From a virus: a DNA stretch of 56,750 nucleotides. This document shows positions 8,824 to 16,512 of this stretch, one piece after another (position 1 is the first letter of the stretch; each line of letters opens with the position of its first letter). A program made the position numbers and the translations under genes. The DNA lies in IMG/VR virus record IMGVR_UViG_3300009100_000003, positions 1 to 56,750 of that record; one strand, 5' to 3'. The notes under the pieces were generated by a model that worked only from the letters and a program-made list of their open reading frames with translations, was not told the DNA's origin and searched no databases.

Positions 8824-9144
8824 ATGGTCTCTTGTGAGGCAGTCCGCGGTTGCGATCGCAACGCGACTCGCTCCGTCACGATCCTCGCCCCGACGGGCGA
8901 GACGATCACCGATGACACCGGCACGATGCCGGTCCTCCGCGCCGTCATCTCGGCGCGGTTGTGCGATCTCTGCGCGCCGATGCTCGCGGGGCTCAAGCTC
9001 CCGCGCGGCCACGTGGACGTCGACGAGCTCCTCCCCGAGGAGCCCGACGCGATCGACGCGGCGAAGGCCCTCGAGGCGGCAGGGTTCGAGGTCCTCTCTC
9101 GCGACGGGGACGGCTTCACGGCCCTGATCGGGGGCCGGCGATGA
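8824..9144 (+). CDS. Hypothetical early protein (106 aa)
   Basis: Preceded by the promoter, hairpin and motif cassette. ATGA overlap with the next gene. G+C at third codon positions is high. Confidence 0.65.
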   Translation: MVSCEAVRGCDRNATRSVTILAPTGETITDDTGTMPVLRAVISARLCDLCAPMLAGLKLPRGHVDVDELLPEEPDAIDAAKALEAAGFEVLSRDGDGFTALIGGRR

Positions 9145-9575
9145 TCTCCCGCATCCCGTCCGCGCCGACCGAGCAGGTCGACGTGTGGCGCCAGATCGCC
9201 GGCGAGGTCCTCGCGCTGCTCATGGGCGTTTCGCCCCGGCTCCGGATGGCAGAGCCGCATCTCGCGAACGCGATCGAGCTCCTCCGCCAGGCGACCGCGA
9301 CGTACGACCGCGAGGGCCATCTCCCGACCGAGGCCGACGCGCGCGCGTTGCGCGCGGCGCTCATCCGCGCGGCCGGTTCACCCGGCGGGGAGGCACGGAT
9401 CCGGATCGCCCTGTACCGAAGCGACCACCGCATCGACGCGGTCGCCGCAAGTCGAAACCTCTGGCCGGCCGAGGAATGCTCGCTCGATCGCATTCGGGTC
9501 AATCGGCTTCGTGACGGCAGCTACCGGCACGATCCGGCCGAGGTCCGCGAGCTCGCCGAGGCGGCGCTCCGGTGA
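9141..9575 (+). CDS. Hypothetical early protein (144 aa)
   Basis: ATG 9141 overlaps the upstream stop. The 5' extension to 8961 in the ORF track is Arg-rich and looks non-coding. Confidence 0.6.
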   Translation: MISRIPSAPTEQVDVWRQIAGEVLALLMGVSPRLRMAEPHLANAIELLRQATATYDREGHLPTEADARALRAALIRAAGSPGGEARIRIALYRSDHRIDAVAASRNLWPAEECSLDRIRVNRLRDGSYRHDPAEVRELAEAALR

Positions 9576-9580
9576 GGCGG

Positions 9581-9724
9581 ATGCACGCACGGCCGATGTC
9601 CAGCGTGGAACGGGCCCGACGTCGGGGTGAGGCGATCAGGGACACGATCGGCGCCGGCGTGTTCGTCGCGTCGCTGCTCGTGACCCTGTTCCTCCTCGCC
9701 GTGGCGTCGCCGCCCCCGACGTAA
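9581..9724 (+). CDS. Small C-terminally anchored membrane protein (47 aa). The alternative start is GTG 9572.
   Basis: The product is MHARPMSSVERARRRGEAIRDTIGAGVFVASLLVTLFLLAVASPPPT*. It is below the ORF-track cutoff and is followed by terminator hairpins. Confidence 0.4.
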   Translation: MHARPMSSVERARRRGEAIRDTIGAGVFVASLLVTLFLLAVASPPPT

Positions 9725-9766
9725 GGGGGTTCCCTCGCCCTCGCTCCGGATGGTACGATCCGGTCA

Positions 9767-9780
9767 CTTCGTACCTGCGG
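9767..9780 (-). promoter_or_regulatory. Orphan inverted copy of the CCGCAGGTAC motif, with no credible start codon behind it
   Basis: The minus strand reads CCGCAGGTACGAAG. It forms a 9-nt inverted repeat with the motif at 9895-9903. Confidence 0.4.
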
Positions 9781-9789
9781 AGTTAGCGG

Positions 9790-9830
9790 ACGGCGCTCGG
9801 TCGCGAGACCTTGAGCGCCGTTCGTGATTC
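9790..9830 (+). terminator. Intrinsic-terminator-like hairpin
   Basis: acggcgctc (9790-9798) pairs with gagcgccgt (9813-9821). It is followed by the T-containing tail tcgtgattctt. Confidence 0.55.
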
Positions 9831-9838
9831 TTAGGGGG

Positions 9839-9867
9839 TGGACGCCGCGCGACACGAGGCGTATATT
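9839..9867 (+). promoter_or_regulatory. Putative promoter TGGACG-N17-TATATT
   Basis: A locally A+T-richer segment in the 193-nt intergenic region. It is followed by the palindromic hairpin cgagcgatcgctcg (9878-9891) and then the leader motif. Confidence 0.4.
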
Positions 9868-9894
9868 CGCCGTCAGTCGAGCGATCGCTCGGCA

Positions 9895-9910
9895 CCGCAG
9901 GTAACGGAGG
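9895..9910 (+). promoter_or_regulatory. Leader / extended-RBS motif CCGCAGGTAACGGAGG
   Basis: 7 nt upstream of ATG 9918. Confidence 0.6.
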
Positions 9911-9917
9911 ATCCGCG

Positions 9918-10208
9918 ATGACTCGCCATTCCGATCGCACGATCAAGGTCGACCTCACCCTGACCGAACCCGAGGGCGACTACTCCTCGAGGACGCTCGT
10001 CTCCTCGGAGCTCTCGATCACTCTCCCCGTCCCGAACCCCGAGGGACTCGGGCCGCTCGTGACCGGCGCCGTCCAAGCGTTGATCGACGTCGCGACGGAC
10101 AAGGGGCTTCTCGGTCCGCTGGTCCGCGAGCTTCGCGTTGCCGGTATCGACGCGGAGCTTGATCCGGACGCCAAGGCCGACCCCGGGTGGCCGCCGCAGG
10201 ACTCCTGA
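9918..10208 (+). CDS. Hypothetical early protein (96 aa)
   Basis: ATG sits behind the leader motif. The composition looks protein-like (MTRHSDRTIKVDLTLTEPEGDY...). Confidence 0.65.
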   Translation: MTRHSDRTIKVDLTLTEPEGDYSSRTLVSSELSITLPVPNPEGLGPLVTGAVQALIDVATDKGLLGPLVRELRVAGIDAELDPDAKADPGWPPQDS

Positions 10209-10216
10209 ACCCGCAA

Positions 10217-10234
10217 CCGGACCGTCCGGTCCGG
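10217..10234 (+). terminator. Terminator-like hairpin with a 7-bp stem
   Basis: ccggacc (10217-10223), loop gtcc, ggtccgg (10228-10234). It lies 9 nt after the stop at 10208. Further hairpins follow in the 128-nt gap. There is no U-tract. Confidence 0.35.
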
Positions 10235-10336
10235 AGAGCCCCGCCGCCCGTCTCCGGGCCCGTCCCGGCCCCACGGAGACACCCCAGGCGCGCGGGGCTC
10301 CCCCGACCGGACGTTCCGGCCCTCGGAGGATCGACC

Positions 10337-10612
10337 ATGACACTGCTCGCCCTCGTCTCGGTCCGCCTGACGCGGCTCCCTCGAGGCCGCTGCGCCGCGT
10401 GCTCCCGTCGTCGGGTCCTGTTCACGCAGCGCGTCGAGATCGCCGGCGGGACCGGCTACTCGGACTCCTCGCATCTCTGCGCCGAGTGCGCCGGGTTCGC
10501 GAAGGGCAACGAGCCGCGCTCCGTCGATGACGCGATCGCCGAGCCGATCCTCCGTGAGGACGTCGAGGATCACCACAGCGGCGTCGTCCCCGAAGGGCGG
10601 ATCGTGGTGTGA
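10337..10612 (+). CDS. Zinc-ribbon-like small protein (91 aa)
   Basis: ATG 10337 lies 7 nt after GGAGGATCG. Cys pairs are CAAC...CAEC. Confidence 0.6.
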   Translation: MTLLALVSVRLTRLPRGRCAACSRRRVLFTQRVEIAGGTGYSDSSHLCAECAGFAKGNEPRSVDDAIAEPILREDVEDHHSGVVPEGRIVV

Positions 10613-10923
10613 ACGTCCTCGAGCGGCTCCGGGCGCTGCGCGAGACCATCCCCGCCGACCAGGTCGTCGCGCTGGCGACCATCGGCGAGGCGCTCTCCAT
10701 CGTCGAGGACTACCAGCACTCCGGCACGTTCCACGGCAGCGCGTCGCCCTCGTGGCGACGGATGAAGGGCGCACTTCGCGAGCTCGCTCGCCGCGGATGC
10801 TCGCGTCTCGTTGATCCCTCGACCTGCCGAAAGCCGGACGGCTACGCGCGTGACGAGTGGTGCGAGGGCTGCATCGCGGCCGATGGGCTCGGGCTCCCCG
10901 TCGAATGGTACGTCCTCAAGTGA
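10609..10923 (+). CDS. Hypothetical protein (104 aa)
   Basis: GTGA overlaps at both ends. G+C at third codon positions is high. Confidence 0.6.
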   Translation: MNVLERLRALRETIPADQVVALATIGEALSIVEDYQHSGTFHGSASPSWRRMKGALRELARRGCSRLVDPSTCRKPDGYARDEWCEGCIAADGLGLPVEWYVLK

Positions 10924-11150
10924 GCGGGCCGTTCACCCGCCGGCCGTGCGCTACGTGCGGCGCGCAGCTGCAGGAGGTCCGCCGCAGAGGACGCGTGTTG
11001 TGGCGCTGCCCCTGGGCGCGCGGCCCGGAGGCTCGGTTCCCCGATATCGAGTACGGCGATCAGATCCCGTGCTCGTGGCCGCGCGGCCGCACCGATGGCA
11101 ACGGCCGGCCAGCGAAGCTCACGACCATCCCGACGAGGGTGTGGCTCTAG
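10920..11150 (+). CDS. Zinc-ribbon-like small protein (76 aa)
   Basis: GTG 10920 overlaps the upstream stop. Cys motifs are CATCG...WRCPW...C. The track extension to 10857 looks non-coding. Confidence 0.5.
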   Translation: MSGPFTRRPCATCGAQLQEVRRRGRVLWRCPWARGPEARFPDIEYGDQIPCSWPRGRTDGNGRPAKLTTIPTRVWL

Positions 11151-11437
11151 TGGGACGGCAACGTCACCGCGACGGAACATTCGCCGTCCAGCCGGACGCC
11201 CATCTCGGCCCCCGGCGCGCCGTGTCGCAGCCCGACATCGTCGCGATCCGGAGGCTCCGGACTGCCGGCTGGCGTCCGGAGGCCCTCGCTCGCGTCTACG
11301 GGGTGAGTGAGCGCACGATCTATCGCTACACGCGCCCGACGCTCGAGGTCGACCTGCGAGTCGGAGCGTGGATCGGGACGTTCAGCATTCGAGCCGGCCG
11401 GCCCCCGAAGCAGGTCGGTCAGTGGAGACCGGCATGA
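11150..11437 (+). CDS. Helix-turn-helix DNA-binding protein (95 aa)
   Basis: GTG 11150 overlaps the TAG stop. The HTH-like segment is IVAIRRLRTAGWRPEALARVYGVSERTIYRYTR. Confidence 0.6.
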   Translation: MGRQRHRDGTFAVQPDAHLGPRRAVSQPDIVAIRRLRTAGWRPEALARVYGVSERTIYRYTRPTLEVDLRVGAWIGTFSIRAGRPPKQVGQWRPA

Positions 11438-11799
11438 ACCTGACGCACGCTGTCCTCGCCGACGTCCTCGTCGAGCGCGAACGCCAAGAGTCAATCGGTC
11501 TCCGGAAGCGGGCGATCGGGATCGACTGGCGCTCCTGCGCCGATCCGGCGATGGCCGGCGGCGATGGGACGCGCTACATGGTCCTGGGCGAGGAGGTCGG
11601 GGAGGTCGCGAATGCCGTCCTCGAGGCGGGCTACACCGCGTCCGCGATTGCCGGGCCCGCGACGACAACCGCGTATCAGGTCGTCGAGTCGGGGGCGACT
11701 GGCGATGAGCACCTTCGCGACGAGCTCGTCCAGGTCGCCGCCGTCGCGGTCGCGTGGGTCGAGGCGATCGACGCGAGAAGCGGTAGGGTTCCGGCGTGA
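11434..11799 (+). CDS. MazG-like all-alpha NTP pyrophosphohydrolase (122 aa)
   Basis: ATGA overlap. Motifs: VERERQ...W, VLGEEVGEVANAVLE and LRDELVQVAAVAVAWVEAI. This is the EExGE / acidic-helix pattern of MazG-type enzymes. Confidence 0.6.
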   Translation: MNLTHAVLADVLVERERQESIGLRKRAIGIDWRSCADPAMAGGDGTRYMVLGEEVGEVANAVLEAGYTASAIAGPATTTAYQVVESGATGDEHLRDELVQVAAVAVAWVEAIDARSGRVPA

Positions 11800-11996
11800 T
11801 CTGCCCGACGTGCGGCAAGCCGCAACTCAGCGAGCGCCCGCACCTGCACGCCGTCGTCCCGGCGACGGATCCGCTCGACGTCCAGCCGATCGACGATGAC
11901 TACGTCGTCCGCCGGGTCGTCGCGGTCCAATGCCTCTTGCAGATCGTCATCGTGGCCGCGATCTTCATTGCCGGCTACCTCGCCGCTCAGTCATGA
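11796..11996 (+). CDS. Small membrane protein with an N-terminal CxxC and a C-terminal TM segment
   Basis: GTGA overlap. The sequence is MICPTCGKP...VVAVQCLLQIVIVAAIFIAGYLAAQS. Confidence 0.55.
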   Translation: MICPTCGKPQLSERPHLHAVVPATDPLDVQPIDDDYVVRRVVAVQCLLQIVIVAAIFIAGYLAAQS

Positions 11997-12481
11997 CGCC
12001 GCTCGCCCGATGGGGCACGATCGGGTCGATGGCGCTCCTGCTCGTCATCATTGCTCTCGCGGTCGCGACGTCGCGGCCCGCAGCGGAGGCGGAGGTCCTC
12101 GGGCACACTCCGGCCGCGCCGACGGGGATCGTCGGCCCTCCGCTGCGGACCATGACGCCGACGCCCACGCCGGACCCGGGACAGACGTCTCAGCCGCTCG
12201 AGCTCGTGACACGCTCGGGCATCCTCGCCTTTGCCGATGAGAGCTTCGGTCCGGACTACCTAGCCATTCCGCCGGGGCCTGGGCACCGCGTCGAAGTCTG
12301 CGGACCCGGAGGCTGCGAGATCCTCGTCTCCACCGATGCCGGCCCGAACCGAGCCATGCTCGAGAAGGGCCGGATCGCCGACCTCGCGCTCGGTCGGTTC
12401 GCCCGCGTCTGCGGGTTCAGCGGCGTCGACGAGGCGCGCCGGCGCGGCTTGTGTCAGGCGACTTGGACGATCCTGCCGTGA
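11993..12481 (+). CDS. Exported RlpA-like / double-psi beta-barrel (DPBB) domain protein
   Basis: ATGA overlap. It has an N-terminal TM or signal segment (GSMALLLVIIALAVA) and a Pro/Thr linker. Then comes HRVEVCGPGGCEILVSTDAGPN...GRIADLALGRFARVCG, which resembles RlpA/expansin-like DPBB domains. Confidence 0.6.
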   Translation: MTPLARWGTIGSMALLLVIIALAVATSRPAAEAEVLGHTPAAPTGIVGPPLRTMTPTPTPDPGQTSQPLELVTRSGILAFADESFGPDYLAIPPGPGHRVEVCGPGGCEILVSTDAGPNRAMLEKGRIADLALGRFARVCGFSGVDEARRRGLCQATWTILP

Positions 12482-12606
12482 TGCCGCGATGGCTGCACGA
12501 TCCAACACCGGCGCGCTGGTACGTCGCGTTGCGCCGGCGCCTCGTGCTCGTCGGACTCACGATGGAGGGGCTCACGCTGCTCACGCTGCTCGGCGTGATC
12601 CGGTGA
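12478..12606 (+). CDS. Small membrane protein (42 aa)
   Basis: GTG 12478 overlaps the upstream stop. The product is VMPRWLHDPTPARWYVALRRRLVLVGLTMEGLTLLTLLGVIR*. It is below the ORF-track cutoff. Confidence 0.35.
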   Translation: MMPRWLHDPTPARWYVALRRRLVLVGLTMEGLTLLTLLGVIR

Positions 12607-12614
12607 CAGACAAC

Positions 12615-12644
12615 CTGACACGAGGCATCGCTACGTTCTAGCGT
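12615..12644 (+). promoter_or_regulatory. Possible promoter CTGACA-N18-TAGCGT
   Basis: It lies in the 67-nt gap before the exonuclease gene. It shares GACACGAGGC with the 9.85-kb promoter region. The match to consensus is weak. Confidence 0.3.
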
Positions 12645-12653
12645 GTAGCAACT

Positions 12654-12668
12654 CCGCAGGTACAGGAG
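12654..12668 (+). promoter_or_regulatory. Leader / extended-RBS motif CCGCAGGTACAGGAG
   Basis: 5 nt upstream of ATG 12674. Confidence 0.55.
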
Positions 12669-12673
12669 ATCGA

Positions 12674-13738
12674 ATGGGTAAGCGCACCACCTACCTCGGT
12701 TCGTCGGACTCGCCTCCGATCATCGGCGTTCGGAGCTACGGCCGGACCGAGCTCGACGTGTGGAACGAGAAGCTCGGGCTCGTCCCCGACACGAACGAAC
12801 CCTCGCCGATGATGGCGTGGGGCGAGCGCCTCGAGCCGCTCATCCTCACGGCCTACACCGAGCGCACCGGCCGGGCGGTGTCACGCCGGCGGCGGCGACG
12901 CCTCCATCCGGAGTACCCGTTCATCGGTGCGACCCTCGACGCGGACGCCGGAGACCGGATCGTCGAGGTCAAGTTCGCGCCCTACGGGTCGGGCTACGGC
13001 GAGCCGCTCGACGGTCCGGAGGGCCTCCCGCCGTACGTCCGCGTCCAGGTGCAGCACCAGCTGGTCGTGACCGGCTACCCGATCGCCGACGTCCCGGTGC
13101 TCGTCCGCGGCTATGACCTCCGGATCTTCGAGGTCCCGGCCGATCCCGCGTTCGGAGCCGAGCTCGTCGAGGAGCTCCGCGAATGGTGGGAGACCTACGT
13201 CGTCGGGAAGGTCCCGCCCCCGATGCCCGAGGATCCCGAGGACGCCGATCGGTGGCTGCGGACTCGCTACGCGTCCGACGATGGCGGGCGGGTCGAGGCG
13301 CCGGCGGATGATCTATTGCGAGACCTCGTCTACGCCCGGCTCGCACTCCGCGAGGCCGAGGCGCGCGACGCTGCGGCACGGGTTCCGCTCATGACCGCGA
13401 TGGGGCCGGCAGCGGAGCTCTGGCGCGGCGAGGTCCGCCTCGCGACGTACCGTTCCGGGCAGCGCCGGAAGGTCGCCTGGGAGAACGTCGCCGGCTCGTA
13501 TCGGGCCGCGATCACCGCGGCGCTCGAGAAGGGCAAGCACGGCCGCAACGCTGCAATGACCGCGATCGCGGAGCTCGAGAAGATCGACCTCGACGCCCTG
13601 CGTTCGATCTACACGACGACCGAGCCGGTGCGGACATTCCGGCCGAACCTCAAGGCAATCGCAGCCGCTACGATGGACGGAACCGCTCGGGCCCGCCTCG
13701 AGCTCGTCGCCGACGATCCGCAGGTACAGGAGGACTGA
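12674..13738 (+). CDS. YqaJ-like (lambda-Exo-type, PD-(D/E)xK) recombination exonuclease
   Basis: The N-terminus YLGSSDSPPIIG...W..G..LEPLIL..Y...TG...LHPEYPFIGATLDA..GDRIVEVKF matches YqaJ viral recombinase exonucleases. It is paired with RecT downstream. Confidence 0.8.
   Translation: MGKRTTYLGSSDSPPIIGVRSYGRTELDVWNEKLGLVPDTNEPSPMMAWGERLEPLILTAYTERTGRAVSRRRRRRLHPEYPFIGATLDADAGDRIVEVKFAPYGSGYGEPLDGPEGLPPYVRVQVQHQLVVTGYPIADVPVLVRGYDLRIFEVPADPAFGAELVEELREWWETYVVGKVPPPMPEDPEDADRWLRTRYASDDGGRVEAPADDLLRDLVYARLALREAEARDAAARVPLMTAMGPAAELWRGEVRLATYRSGQRRKVAWENVAGSYRAAITAALEKGKHGRNAAMTAIAELEKIDLDALRSIYTTTEPVRTFRPNLKAIAAATMDGTARARLELVADDPQVQED
13718..13733 (+). promoter_or_regulatory. Leader / extended-RBS motif CCGCAGGTACAGGAGG, embedded in the 3' end of the exonuclease gene
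   Basis: 7 nt upstream of ATG 13741. Confidence 0.55.
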
Positions 13739-13740
13739 TC

Positions 13741-14886
13741 ATGACAACGCAGACGCGCGAACGCGCGCCCTCCGAGCAGGAGCGCGCCCTCGTGGTTCAG
13801 CAGGAGCGGCTGAGCACGATCACGCACGCGCTCGAGGCCGAGGCCGACGCGATCGGCCGGATCCTGCCGGCGACGATCGATCCGGAGCGGTTCCAAGAGC
13901 TCGTGGTCCGCGAGATCGCGAACGAACCGAAACTCCTCGCCTGCCACCCGACGACGCTCATCGGCGCCGTGATGGATATGGCGCGGGTCGGGCTCGAGCC
14001 GGTTCTCGACGAGGCGTACCTCGTGCCGTTCTACTCGAGCACCCGGAACCGCTACGAGGCAACGATGATCCTCGGGTTCCAGGGGCTCAAGACGCTCGCA
14101 TTCAACTCGGGACTCGTGGTCGCGGTCGATGCCGACGTCGTCTACGAGGGCGACGAGTGGTCATTCTCGAAGGGCTGGCCGAGTCGGCACCTGCACCACG
14201 TCAAGACGCTCGACCCGGCGAAGCGCGGCGCTCGGCTCGCCGCCTGGGCGGAGGTCTACATTCGCGACGCGCAGGTCCCGATCTTCGACGTCCTGCCGCT
14301 CGATCGGATCGAGCAGGCCCGCAGAGTCTCCCGCGCCGGCAGCGACAAGAGCACCGGAGAACCGATCGGGATCTGGCGCGACTGGTACGACCGGATGGCG
14401 GTCAAGACGGCGCTGCGGGCCGTGCTGCAACTGGCGCCCCGGGCGATCCGTACCGCGGTGGCAACTGCCCTCGAGCTCGAGGAGCGGGCCGACTCGCTCC
14501 TCCGTGACGCCACGGCGGACGAGACCCGCGAGGCGACCGGACGAAAGGCGCGGAGCGCGCGCCGGCAGCGCCTCGTCGATCGCGCGATGGGCGAGACGAT
14601 CGAGGGTGAGGCGGTCGAGGTCGACGCGACGCCCACAGATGCCCCAGGACAGCCCGAAACCACCGATCCGCACTCCGCGTCCTCTCCGACGCAGGAAACG
14701 GCAGGGCGCCCTGACGACGGGCCGGAGGCGACGGAATCCGCAACTGGCACTTGTGGTGCCGGCAACCCCTACGGGGGGGCCGCTTGCGGGCTCGCGGCCG
14801 GGCATCTCGAGGCGCCTCGGGCGTCGCGGATGCATCGGGAGCTCGACGCGACCGGCAAGGTCGTCGCGTCGTGGCCGGCAGAATGA
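13741..14886 (+). CDS. recT: RecT-family single-strand annealing protein
   Basis: LIGAVMDMARVGLEP...EAYLVPF....YEATMILGFQGL..LA..SG....DADVVYEGDEWSF...W..MAVKTALR is typical of RecT. The C-terminal tail is acidic and Pro-rich. Confidence 0.85.
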   Translation: MTTQTRERAPSEQERALVVQQERLSTITHALEAEADAIGRILPATIDPERFQELVVREIANEPKLLACHPTTLIGAVMDMARVGLEPVLDEAYLVPFYSSTRNRYEATMILGFQGLKTLAFNSGLVVAVDADVVYEGDEWSFSKGWPSRHLHHVKTLDPAKRGARLAAWAEVYIRDAQVPIFDVLPLDRIEQARRVSRAGSDKSTGEPIGIWRDWYDRMAVKTALRAVLQLAPRAIRTAVATALELEERADSLLRDATADETREATGRKARSARRQRLVDRAMGETIEGEAVEVDATPTDAPGQPETTDPHSASSPTQETAGRPDDGPEATESATGTCGAGNPYGGAACGLAAGHLEAPRASRMHRELDATGKVVASWPAE

Positions 14887-15068
14887 GCGGGCTGACGCCC
14901 TCGGGCTACCTGTCGATCGCCGTCGTGATCGTCGTCGTCATCCTCGCCGCACTGACGAGGCTCGTCGGCCTGTTCAGCGACAAATGGGCGAACCGGCTCG
15001 GCTGTCTCGTGATTCTCGCCATGCTCCAAGGCTCGATCATGGTCCTCATGTTGTGGGCGAAGGAATGA
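14883..15068 (+). CDS. Small 2-TM membrane protein (61 aa)
   Basis: ATGA overlaps at both ends. The sequence is MSGLTPSGYLSIAVVIVVVILAALTRLVGLF...LGCLVILAMLQGSIMVLMLWAKE. Confidence 0.6.
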   Translation: MSGLTPSGYLSIAVVIVVVILAALTRLVGLFSDKWANRLGCLVILAMLQGSIMVLMLWAKE

Positions 15069-15247
15069 TCCCCGATCGGCGCTGGTACGCCCAGCGCAAC
15101 CACAAGACGTTCGGGCATCACTGGCCGATCGGGCAATGTGGACCGTGCCTCGACTTCGGGGACCGCCTCGTCGAAACGCTCGCCGCTGATCCCGAGTTCC
15201 GCGCCGCCCTGGACTTCGTTGCGGCGGCGGATGCGGCTCTCGAAGGC
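15065..15247 (+). CDS. 5' segment of a gene that appears to continue in another frame at about 15231-15250. This is an apparent +1 frame change or an indel.
   Basis: ATG 15065 overlaps the upstream stop. MIPDRRWYAQRNHKTFGHHWPIGQCGPCLDFGDRLVETLAADPEFRAALDFV looks coding. After about 15225 third-position G+C drops and the translation becomes Arg/Ser-rich. There is no stop in this frame until 15625. Confidence 0.5.
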
Positions 15248-15836
15248 GCTCAGGGCATGGGTTCTGTCGGGCCTCAACGCCGAGGACTGGCCGCGCGTTC
15301 AGGAGTTCGGCATCGCCTACGAGAAGGCTCGCGCCGCACTTCGAGAGGAGCCAGCACCGGAGCCGTGCCTGAACTGCAACGGGACCGGGTTCTACATGCT
15401 CGACGGAGCGCGGCGTCCGTGCCTTTGGGATCACCCCGAGGAGCCAGCCCTCCCGCCAGCCGGCGTTCGAGTGTGGGCGTGGCACGTCATGGACGGGACC
15501 GAGGCGTCGCTGCCATCCGGCTGGACCCGAGAGGAGCCAGCCCTCGACGTAGCGAGACTCACCGACGCCCTCAGAGCGATCCACGGCGAGATCGTGCCGC
15601 TCCCGAACCGTGCGCCCGTATCTGAAGTACGCGGCCATCATCGCGCGGTGGTACGCCAACGCCGAGAGCGAGTGAGCAGTCGGATGACGGCGAAGCAGAG
15701 GCGCCGTGCCGTCCGTGACGCTCGCGGGCCGGTCGTCGCCGAGTGCCTCTCGTGCAAGTGGACGGCGACCGCCCGGACGTGGCGACCCGCGAAACGGGCA
15801 CTCGCCGAGCACACGTCGAAGGCGCATCGTGGCTGA
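15231..15836 (+). CDS. Hypothetical Cys-rich protein (201 aa from ATG 15231). It is probably the 3' part of the 15065 gene.
   Basis: The coding-looking sequence starts at MRLSKALRAWVLSGLNAEDWPRVQEF...CLNCNGTGFY...ECLSCKWTA...H. The upstream part of track ORF 15138-15836 looks non-coding. Confidence 0.6.
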   Translation: MRLSKALRAWVLSGLNAEDWPRVQEFGIAYEKARAALREEPAPEPCLNCNGTGFYMLDGARRPCLWDHPEEPALPPAGVRVWAWHVMDGTEASLPSGWTREEPALDVARLTDALRAIHGEIVPLPNRAPVSEVRGHHRAVVRQRRERVSSRMTAKQRRRAVRDARGPVVAECLSCKWTATARTWRPAKRALAEHTSKAHRG

Positions 15837-16512
15837 CGGTTGGCACCGCGGACGCATGGTCGCGTTCGATCTCGAGACGACGTCGCCGCAGCCTGAGGAC
15901 GCGCGGATCGTGGCGGCCGCAGTTCTCGGTGTCGGCGGAGGCCAGGCGAACGAGTCGCGTGGATGGATCGTCGATCCGGGCGTCGAGATCCCCGACGAGG
16001 CCGCTGCGATCCACGGGATCACGACCGAACGAGCTCGGGCGGAGGGCCGGCCGGCGGAGTACGCGATCGCCGAGATCCTCGCCGAGCTCAATCTCTCAGT
16101 GGGCCCGCTCGTCGCGTTCAACGCTTCGTACGACCTCACCGTCCTCGATCGCGAGGCACGTCGCTACGGCTACGTCCCGTTCGTTCCGAGGCACGTGATC
16201 GATCCGTTCGTCATCGACAAGGCGCTCGACCCCTACCGGAAGGGCAGTCGCAAGCTCGTCAACGTCTGCCGCCACTACGGCGTCGAGCTCGAGGATGCCC
16301 ACGCTGCGGATGCGGACGCGCTCGCGGCCGCGCGCCTCGCGTACCGGCTCGGCTCAGGAATGGCGGGATCGATGACGCTCGACGCCCTCCACCAGGCGCA
16401 GATCCGCTGGCGTCGGGAGGACGTCGCCTCGCTCGAGGCGTATGACCGCCGGAAGGGCATCGCGCCCCGGGACTACCGCCCGGAGTGGCCGCTCGTGCCG
16501 TTCCGTGGCTAG
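15829..16512 (+). CDS. DnaQ-like DEDDh 3'-5' exonuclease. The start is GTG 15829 or ATG 15856.
   Basis: ExoI is MVAFDLETT, ExoII is LVAFNASYDLTVL and ExoIII is HAADADALAAARL. Confidence 0.8.
   Translation: MADGWHRGRMVAFDLETTSPQPEDARIVAAAVLGVGGGQANESRGWIVDPGVEIPDEAAAIHGITTERARAEGRPAEYAIAEILAELNLSVGPLVAFNASYDLTVLDREARRYGYVPFVPRHVIDPFVIDKALDPYRKGSRKLVNVCRHYGVELEDAHAADADALAAARLAYRLGSGMAGSMTLDALHQAQIRWRREDVASLEAYDRRKGIAPRDYRPEWPLVPFRG

Noticed and set aside
9499-9855. Minus-strand ORF (118 aa) behind the orphan CCGCAGGTAC motif at 9767-9780
   Set aside because: The motif is not followed by GGAGG or a well-spaced start. The ORF runs antisense through the small membrane gene and terminator hairpins, and it is Arg-rich.
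11150-11437. The HTH protein, and the HTH at 31852-32157, as a CI/Cro-type lysogeny switch
   Set aside because: There is no divergent promoter-operator architecture, no partner repressor and no integrase nearby. These are single small HTH proteins embedded in co-directional operons.
14129-15625. 498-aa plus-strand ORF spanning recT and downstream genes
   Set aside because: It is off-frame relative to RecT and Arg/Ser/Pro-rich throughout. Only the ~60 codons after ATG 15065 look coding, and these are reported separately as the 5' segment of a frame-shifted gene.
14769-16139. 456-aa minus-strand ORF
   Set aside because: It is antisense to the DnaQ-like exonuclease and neighbouring plus-strand genes. 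The translation is low-complexity with no RBS.
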